Under the pieces are notes generated by a model. That model ran no database searches, was not told where the DNA came from, and was given only the letters and a program-made list of their open reading frames with translations. Below are positions 55,090 through 64,000 of a stretch of DNA of 64,000 nucleotides, piece after piece. Each line of letters starts with the position of its first letter. Within the stretch, counting starts at the first letter, position 1. Source of the DNA: Octopus vulgaris. Lineage: Eukaryota. A program made the translations under genes and the position numbers. Where the stretch lies: positions 75,392,001 through 75,456,000 of the forward strand of contig OX597818.1 of the NCBI GenBank assembly GCA_951406725.2, in the 5' to 3' direction.

Positions 55090-56530
55090 ATTGTAGTGCT
55101 GTGGTGAGTGCATATTTATGAGAAACAATGCTGTGCGTTATGATGTAGCGAAGAACGTTGAATGTAGTATTGAGATTTGATCTGTGATCTTATACAGTGT
55201 GTTCTGTGTGTCGTGATATAATGTTGTGTGTTGTAATGAAAGGTTGTGTTGTGATGTAAAGTTGTGTTGCGTGTTATGATATAAGTATTGTGGTGTAAGA
55301 TTGTGTCGTGGTATAGTGTTGTCTTTTGTGATATAATGTATGTTGTAACATAGAGCTGTGTGTTGTGGGGCAAGGTTATGTTGTGATACAGTGCTGTGTG
55401 TTGTGGTATAATGCTGTGTTTTGTGATATAGTGTTATGTGTTGTGTTGCAGGATTGTTTTGTAATATAGTATTGTGTGTTGTGATACAGTGTTGTGTGTT
55501 CTACTGTATAATAATATTGTATGGTGTGATATAGTGTTGTGTGTTGTAGTGAATAATAATATCACTGTTGTAATGTAGCGCTGTGTTTTGTGTTGCCGTA
55601 TAGTTTTGTCACTGTACTGCAACATAGCGTTGGGTGTCGGTATGTAGTATTGTATCTTGTGGTGTGGGATATTCTTGTTTGTTGCTATATAGTTTCAGGT
55701 GTTGTGAATTAGTGTTGTATAGTGTGATATAGATTTTTGTACTATATAGAATTGTGTGTTGTGGTGTACTAGAGGGTTACGAGTTATGATATAGATTATG
55801 TAATGCTGTATAGCATTGTAGTTAGTGTTATAGTTTAGTCCTGTGTGTTGTCTGTACTGATGCAATGTTGTATGTTTTGATGTAGTATAGACGTATATGT
55901 TGTGGTACAGTGTTGTGTGTTGCCATGTAATGAAGCGCTGAGAGGTGCTCTAAGATATAGTTTATTGTGTTGTTATACAGTTACTTGACGTGATGTAGTG
56001 TTATATACCGTAACGTAGCATGGTGTTATATGTTGTGATGTAGCGTTGTTTTGCAGTAAAGTGTTGTATGGTGTAGTGTGTTCTAATGTAGTAATGAGTG
56101 TTTTTGGTATAACAGTGGTATGCATTGTGGTGTAGTTGGTGTGTTATGATGAAGTACTAGGTGTTGTGGTGTAATGTTGCAGATTATGGTATTGAATACT
56201 ACTTTCTGCTGTGATATAACGTTCTACATTGGTCTCAAATTTCAAATTTTGGCACGAGATCAGCTATTTTGGGAGAGGAAGTAAACCGATTTCATCGATC
56301 CCAGTGCTCAACTGATACTTATTTTATCAACCCCGAAAGGGATGAAAAGCAAAGTCGACCGCAGTGGAATTTGAACGTAAAAACAGATGAAATGCTGCTA
56401 ATTATTTGCCCGACGTGATAACGGTTCTGCCAGCTCATCGCCTTATACATAACGTTCTATATTACAATGTAATGGTACGTGTTGTGACGTAATACAGTGT
56501 TCTGTACCCTTGTTGTATTGCGTGTTGTGG
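55090..56530. repeat. Degenerate (GTGTT/GTAAT)-type cryptic satellite
   Basis: Long G/T-skewed tract with roughly 5-bp periodicity, interrupted by a SINE B at about 56245-56445. Similar tracts at 10760-10890 and 11590-12530 (opposite strand). Confidence 0.7.
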
Positions 56531-57844
56531 TATACCTTTTGTTCTGTGCTATATTTTTGTTGCCATTGTTGCTCTTATTGTTTAATTCAAGATCAACGCT
56601 GCTTGAGGACATTATGATCAAACTCATTCTAGATGTGACCATTTGGTATTATATTATGTATATTTAAAACTACGTTTTTTAATGTATTCTTCTATTTTTA
56701 AAACAGCATAATGTAATCTGAATGAAATTTGACTACTATTTCTAACAGGTTAACAGGTTGAGCGACCGTGAAGAGGATTCTTCGTGGGCTCAATTTGACT
56801 GAGTTTTGTACTGAGTTACGCCTGTCGGTTATTTTGTACTGAAGTACCCCAATCTTTCACTTTGTAATAAGGTACCCCTCTCTTTTACTCTGTACTGAGG
56901 TACTCCTATTTGTTATTTTGAGCAGAGTTACCCTCTATTTTATTCTGTTCTATAGTGACCTTCCAGAAGTCCGTGTATGTGTGTGTGTGTGTATGTGTGT
57001 GTATATGTGTGTGTGTGCGTGTGTGTGTGTGCATGTGCGTGTGTGTATGTGTGCATGTGCGTGTGCGCGTGTGTGCGTGCGTGAAGATATAGAAAATGCA
57101 GCGAGAAATCGGAATATAAAGATAAATTATAACTGGGAACTACAGGGTGCGTATTTGAAGCACAAAGGATATGTACTAAATGCTTGGTCAAATAGTCATC
57201 TGCGTCAGACTAGTACCCAGAATTATATTACTCTTGTTTGATGTTACATCTATGTACATTAAAAATGAGGGATGTTGAAACGTAACAAAGGGTGTGACAT
57301 TAAAAAGTGTTTGTAAAAGAAAAGGGCAATACTTAATAAGTGTTTGAGAATCGCTGCAATAGTTAGCAGTAATCAATCAATGTAGTTGTATTGATAGAGT
57401 GACGGCCAGTGCCATAAAGTCGATAGTACGTGGTTATGATCTGTCAATAGTGTCATGTGACACAGGTAAATCAAATATTTATTTCAAATTTCGAGTGAAG
57501 AGATAAGTCGATTACATGAATCCCAGTGCTCAGCAGGTACCTTTTTTTTTTAATGACCCCCAAAAACATGAAAGACAAAGTCAAACTCGATAGAATTTGA
57601 ACTTAGACCATAAAAACGACGAAATGCCGCTAAGCATTTTACACGGCGTGATGATAAATCTGCCGGCACACCGCCTTAGGCGAATCAGATATTGCTCTAC
57701 AGTATATAGCTGTCTAGCAATAAGCTGGTATTGTAGCTGGAAGTGATTACCATATCGTGGCAGGGTAAGTTCAAACCTGCCTTGTGAACTAAAAGATCGA
57801 TCAATATCTCCGAAGAGAGAGATAGAGTATGTTGTCAAATGCTT

Positions 57845-58058
57845 AAGGCGGCAAGCTGGCAGAATCGTTAGTACGCCGGACGAAATGCGTAGCGGCATAG
57901 CGTCCGTCTTTATGTTCTGGGTTCAAATTCCGCCGAGGTCGATTTTGCCTTTCATCTCCTTTCGAGGTCCATAAAATAACTGCCAGTTAAAAACTGGAGT
58001 CAATGTAATCGTCTTACGCCCTCCGACGAAATTGCTGATCTTGTGCCAATACTAGAAA
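57845..58058 (+). mobile_element. SINE family B
   Basis: AAGGCGGCAAGCTGGCAGAATCGTTAG...GGGTTCAAATTCCGCCGAGGTCG. Confidence 0.85.
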
Positions 58059-58109
58059 TGTTTCCATATAGTTTACATAATATTGTACAGTATTAGATAT
58101 AATTATTTA

Positions 58110-58325
58110 TACTCTTTTACTCTTATTTATTTCAGTCATTTAGCTGCGGCCATGCTGGATCACCGCCTTTAGTCGAGCAAATCGACACCAGGACTTATTC
58201 TTTGTAAGCCTAGTACTTATTCTATCGGTTTCTTTTACCGAACCGCTAAGTTACGGGGACGTAAGCCCACTACCATCGGTTGTCAAGCGATGTTGGTGGG
58301 GGGACAAACACAGACTCACAAACAT
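58110..58325 (-). mobile_element. SINE family A, 3' half
   Basis: Colinear with 10440-10652. Confidence 0.85.
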
Positions 58326-58416
58326 ATACACATACATACATACATACATACATACATGCATGCATGCATACATACATACATACATACATACATACATACA
58401 TACATACATACATACA

Positions 58417-58448
<32 letters not shown>

Positions 58449-58873
58449 AAGCAATGTTCCACGTTCGAACTAGAGCATGTATCCCTGCCCCGTAAAATTC
58501 TGTTAACTGTTCTTTGAGCCACTTCTTCACTACAGTTTTCACTTCCTCGTCACTGAACTATCATCGTCACTGGACTATCATCTCTTCGGCCCCATGAAAG
58601 ACGGTTTGAGAGGCAAACATTATTCCAGTAACGAGGAAGTGAAAACTGTAGTGAAAAAGTGGCTCAAAGAACAGTCAACAGAATTTTACGGGGCAGGGAT
58701 ATGCTCTCATTCGAAGGTGGAACATTGCTGTTGAGAGCAATGGGGACTATGTTGAGGAGTAGGGATGTGATCCACAGAAGACCAGCTTCCTTTTGATGTA
58801 TGATACATGTTCTTGTGTTGGTAATTATACCTGTCCTAAACAAAATGGCATTACTTTTTGACTCACCCTCGTA
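58449..58873 (+). mobile_element. Mariner 3' end with TIR and an inverted internal duplication
   Basis: [43 protein letters not shown]...GDYVEE-stop; TIR end ...TGACTCACCCTCG-TA. 58449-58556 is an inverted copy of about 58623-58730. Confidence 0.85.
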
Positions 58874-58996
58874 TATATATACACATGTGTATATACCAGC
58901 ATACATCTCAAGGTGTTGCCCCAGAATGGCTGCGATTTAATAACTAGAACAAGTAAACGATATAAATATAATACTTAGATAGATAGACAGATAGCT

Positions 58997-59096
<100 letters not shown>

Positions 59097-59842
59097 GCTC
59101 AATGTAATGGTGGTAACAACAATAAAAGTTATGAGGATAAGAGGGAAAGGCAAAGAACCTAAACTAAGAAGAGGAATAACGTAAGAAAAATGTAGCTTTA
59201 GAAATCCTCATTAAAAGACAACACTAACAGACAATGATGATGATGGTGGTCATAGTGATAATGTTGATTGTTGTGATGGTTGTAATTGTGGTGATGATGT
59301 TGAGAAGGAGGAAGAGGGGGAGTAGGAGGAAGAGGGGGAGCGTGGGAGAATGAGCGAATGAAAAAGATGATTAGGATGTCATGAAAACTCCATTTAACTG
59401 TTTAAAAGCTCTTAGGTTTTTCTTTAGGAAAGGACGTGTGTGTTGTGGGTAGGGGTTTTTGCTTTAACAAGAATAATTAACAAATACAGAGAATAAGATG
59501 GCGTTAATTCTTGATGTCTGACTAAATATCTTGGAGAGTTTTCTGCCTCTTACACACTCAACTTCAAAGCCAGGAACTTTTATTATTTCCGGTTGATGAA
59601 TTTGGTATCTTTGTGATTTTACACTTTGATTTCCTAACATTTATACCATTTCATTTCTTATGACATCTTCCCAATATAATTGTCCTCTGCAATCTTTCAA
59701 ACCGATCACTTAATTCTTATTATTTACCTTAATTAAAATCCATTTGATTCACCTTTTGAAAGAGACGTCTCAATAAAAATATCAAAGACCTACCGTAATC
59801 AACTGTTTATATGTGTGAATGCATGTGTACAAGAAAGTATGT

Positions 59843-59897
<55 letters not shown>

Positions 59898-60421
59898 TAT
59901 ATATGTGCATACTTGATGTATGTATGTATGCATGCATGTATGTGTATCTAGATATGTGTGTGAGTGAATGTATATGTATACTCCCACGATGAACTACGTA
60001 CAAACATACGCGTACACGTGTGCGTTCGTGTCTGTGCACACACATATGTACATAATACATGGTTTCGTGTCTAATTCTTATTTATTATTCGAAAGACCGT
60101 TTCCGTCTTATTCATTGATTCAAGTGAGCTGATTCTCAGTGATAACTTTAAATGTCAAAAATGTTTTCCACTCCAGGGAGTAAAAATAATTTTTATCTTT
60201 TACCTGTTTCAGTGATGAGATTGCAGCCGTGCTGGGACACCACCTCAAAGAAATTTTAGTTAAATGAATCAACCGCAGTACATTTTTTAAGCCTGGTACT
60301 TATTTTATAGATATCTTTTGCCGAGCCGGTAAGTTACGGGGACGTAAATACACCAAGGCCGGTTGTCAAGCTGTGGTGGGAGACAAATACAGACACAAAA
60401 ACACACACATAGATCACCGTA

Positions 60422-60730
60422 GATTTCAAGCGCCGCTACCGTCCACACATGAACTCTTTCTCCAATCCAAATTCTAAATTATCATCCTCCTTAGCACCTT
60501 ATATACACAACCTTAAATCTCAAAATATCCCATACATCCTATCCTGGTCCATAATAAACGAGGCTCCCTCATACAATGCAAGCATCGGCGAGTGTAAGTT
60601 ATGTCTAAAAGAATCATTAACCATTCTTCGCCTTCATAATTCCTCTTTACTTAATAGATTCTCTGATGTAATTCATTCTTGTAAACACAGGCACCATTCA
60701 TCTACCACACACTTTGCAAAATCTATGTAA
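60422..60730 (+). pseudogene. PLE GIY-YIG endonuclease C-terminal half
   Basis: DFKRRYRPHMNSF...SSSLAPYIHNLK...WSII...YN...CKLCLKE...LLNR...CKHR. Confidence 0.8.
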
Positions 60731-61470
60731 TCCCATAGCTTTAAGTATCCGTACCCAAAATAACCTTAAACTAAGACAAAATATTCCTTAGAAAATACTA
60801 CCACCACCTGTTATTTTTCTCATACACATATTTCTAAATTCTTCCAAATTCTTCTAGTCTACTACTTCCCACTTTCCTCTTAGCTCCCCCACACTCCTCG
60901 CCTTTAAAAGTACTTACACTACTCCCCTCTTTTTAAATCTAACCAATCTACCTTTACTCCTCCCTATTCACATCCCTCTATTCAATTTCATACACCCCTC
61001 CGTACCATAATACCCCCTCCAACACCAAACTAATTCCTTTGCCCCGCTAACAACTATTATTTTGACCACCTACTCACCCCCACTGTATCCCCCTCTATTT
61101 TCTCTCATACCTCTCTACATACCTTACTAATCTCCGTCAACCACTGAACCAATTTACTTATTTCCCTCAAATAATGGCCATTCCCATTTTCACTATCTCA
61201 ACCTTTAACTCTGTAGCCTTCATACAAACTAACACAAAGGTTACCATTCACGTACTACCTAAACCACCCTTTCCTCTTCCTCCCACCTTCCACCTCTACT
61301 ACTATCACTCTCAACTACCTTGATTAATAATCTCTAACCCTGAAATTTATTTTCTCCTCCCACTACTCTCTATCTTGATACCCCCCAACTCCTTCTAGTA
61401 CACTTAGTTCTCCACAAAATCATTCCATCTTTAATCTCCTTTCTGTCAACACCTCAAATATAAAGCTTCT

Positions 61471-61562
61471 TCCCTGAAGACGGAGACTGGTATAAACCAA
61501 TGGTATAAATCAATTTACAATCATTATTTTGGACCACCAAGCTCCCACAAACAGCTGTTGGA
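61471..61562 (+). ncRNA. Degenerate type I hammerhead in the PLE 3' region
   Basis: TCC-CTGAAGA-C-GGAG...CTCC-CA-CAAAC-AGCT-GTT-GGA. Palindromic ACAGCTGT stem III; G12 mutated. Confidence 0.5.
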
Positions 61563-62139
61563 CTCGTAAAACTCTTATTCAACCTCTTTAATTCCCAATA
61601 TCATTTCTATTCTGCGTAAGTCGAACGTTTTTATATGTAAACATATGTTCATTTTTTTGTATTAAATGTATTTAATAGTTTTTGTATATCAATTTGCCTA
61701 ACTTGCTTATCCTTACATTTACTCCTCTACCTGCTCAAGTTTAAACCTCTTGAGCACTACAAAGAGTATTCTATACGGAGAATATCTGTCTCTCGTCTAT
61801 AAACACACACATAGATATATACATACATATATACGACGGGCCACTTTCAGTCTTCGTCCAACAAATCCACTCACAAGACTTTGATCGAACCGAGGCTATA
61901 ATAGAAGACACGTGTCCAAGGTGCCACGTAGTAGGACTGAACCTGGAAGCATGTGGTTGGGATGCAAGCTTCTTACCACACAACCATGTGTGCGCCTATA
62001 TAAATGGCAGCACCTCAGGTGACGTATATTAAACCTTCCTACGCATATTCCTCACCTCCTACATTTAAATATAATATACATATGCATGTGTGCAGGTACA
62101 CATATACGTATATATGTATGAATATACATGTCTTTGTGA

Positions 62140-62210
<71 letters not shown>

Positions 62211-62818
62211 CGTGTGCGTGTGTGTGTGTATTTACGACTGTGGAAGTGTAATTCTAGTCATTTAATGAAGCAAAAATTGTCCGTTCAAACCAAAACCACT
62301 GATTCGTGAATTTGAAATTAAATGTATTTCATGACACGTCAAAACTTTTTCGTCTCAAAACTACGACAGAGTCATTGACACAGTTCCACTACAAACAACG
62401 AAATAGATTTAAGTGAAATTAACAGCTTTATGCGTTATTAAGTTGATGAAGATGGTCTTACATGATGCAGCTGTTTTAGTTTGAAAGTACAGCTTCAGTT
62501 GCAGTCACCTGCTAGTTAAGAATAACCCTGAATACGCGCGCGTGCAAGCACATGCACGCACACACACACACACACACAAACACACACATATAATAATAAA
62601 CAGGAAATGAAAGCATAATTTGAGTATTACTATAGGCGTTTCATTGGCAAATATATTATTAACACATTGCGTCGTACAAACTGTCATGCAATAACATGCG
62701 AGGTTATATAAGATTATGCAAACAAGTTGTTTATGCAAAGTTACCACATCGTCAGGTATATATATATAAATTCTAATGGAATATTTACCTGACGATGTGG
62801 CAATGTTACGCAAAACCT

Positions 62819-62856
<38 letters not shown>

Positions 62857-62859
62857 AAT

Positions 62860-63048
62860 GTGACCCTGTGTGTACTGTTGGCGATTTTTTTCCTCCGTCT
62901 TCCCTTCTTTGGATCTTTCCTTTTCCTATGTTTCTGACGAAGAGCTCCGCTCGAAACGTTAAACTCTCCTTCTTTCCTTCTTTCCTAAGCATCCAATAAT
63001 ACTATACTTGTTCCACGTCCTCGCGTTGTTGTGTTTTCTTGTTTGGAT

Positions 63049-63052
<4 letters not shown>
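62860..63052 (+). mobile_element. (TA)n-flanked PLE-like terminal-repeat fragment
   Basis: Second copy of 7500-7712. Confidence 0.7.
62930..62964 (+). ncRNA. Minimal type I hammerhead ribozyme, canonical core
   Basis: GTTT-CTGACGA-A-GAGC(TCC)GCTC-GAAA-CG-T-T^-AAAC. Confidence 0.75.
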
Positions 63053-63132
<80 letters not shown>

Positions 63133-63133
63133 T

Positions 63134-63356
63134 TGTTTCTGTAGAATTTTATTTAATTTAGTCGTAAAAGATTACATCATAATATACAGTCCACCCACAT
63201 CAGGTAAAGTTTTAAAAAAGTAAATATTTTTTATATGTTGGCTATGTCCCAGTCAAATGCATAAAATCTGACTTTTTTAAACTGTACCTGATGATAGAGA
63301 TTATATTTTATGATGTAATCTGTTATGACTACCTTAAATAAAATTCTACAGAAACA
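63134..63356. repeat. Fold-back element between (TA)n tracts
   Basis: TGTTTCTGTAGAATTTTATTTAA / TTAAATAAAATTCTACAGAAACA; AGATTACATCATAA / TTATGATGTAATCT; CATCAGGTA / TACCTGATG. Confidence 0.85.
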
Positions 63357-63380
63357 CCCTATATATATCGATATATATAT

Positions 63381-63420
<40 letters not shown>

Positions 63421-63680
63421 CGATATATATATATATGAATAGCCTTCGCGTAAACCAGTGGTTCGTTTTGTTCTCTTACTTTATTATCATCTTATAATCA
63501 TCTCATAATAATGACTTTTATGACTCGTATTACTACCTCAGTCAATCTAAATGTATATATTTGTCACTACCTGTCATAAATAGCCTTTTTTCTATTTGCA
63601 ATATGCATTTTCGTTGATTTTTCATATTTTACCCTTACATTTCCACGTGTATTTTATATTTTCTTTTCGTAACTTATTTC

Positions 63681-63717
<37 letters not shown>

Positions 63718-63926
63718 TCCATATGTTAGAAAGAAGCATACTTAATATGAACAATACAACAGTTACGTTTTTATATATAGCCGAGTAGTATATTAGGTAT
63801 ACTAACCATTCAAACATACTGACCAAAGAGTCGTCAATAAGCGCAAAAGTTATCGCGAAACTGATGGTAACATTGTGCCCAGTTATTGCCATATACAGTA
63901 ATATACTGCTCGACATTATATATATA

Positions 63927-63984
<58 letters not shown>

Positions 63985-64000
63985 TGATATATAGATAGAT

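Larger units (their letters stand above)
60412..61790 (+). mobile_element. 5'-truncated Penelope-like element (GIY-YIG C-terminus, C-rich 3' region, hammerhead)
   Basis: GIY-YIG fragment, then a long C/T-rich tract, then an HHR-like motif at 61471-61562. Confidence 0.75.
60195..62000 (-). mobile_element. SINE family A split by a Penelope-like insertion
   Basis: 3' half at 60195-60410 and 5' half at about 61800-62000. Confidence 0.75.

Overview
AT-rich animal genomic DNA packed with microsatellites and retroelements. The repeat repertoire looks like an Octopus (coleoid cephalopod) genome; this is inferred from family resemblance, with no database search. No host gene is confidently visible, and nearly all listed ORFs are microsatellite translation artefacts. 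Supported content: a nearly intact L1/Tx1-type LINE (1-~3600, minus), a cluster of R4/Dong-type restriction-like-endonuclease LINEs in (TAA)n (47-54 kb), RTE and CR1-like RT scraps, two mariner relics, a Helitron/Helentron Rep relic, two MITEs, several tRNA-derived SINE families, and many (TA)n-associated Penelope-like (PLE) terminal-repeat fragments, often fold-back, carrying hammerhead ribozyme (HHR) motifs. The main result is five copies (two subfamilies; 23761-23889, 30879-31020, 36416-36544, 37494-37636, 38766-38884) of a hammerhead whose strands run NUH-stem I, then GAAA, then CUGANGA. That is the reverse of the cyclic order shared by type I/II/III hammerheads. Six helices co-vary across the copies, pointing to a multiply pseudoknotted, non-circularly permuted ribozyme. 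Minimal hammerheads with compensatory G3-C8 and U3-A8 core swaps are also present. All structures were read by eye and none has been tested.
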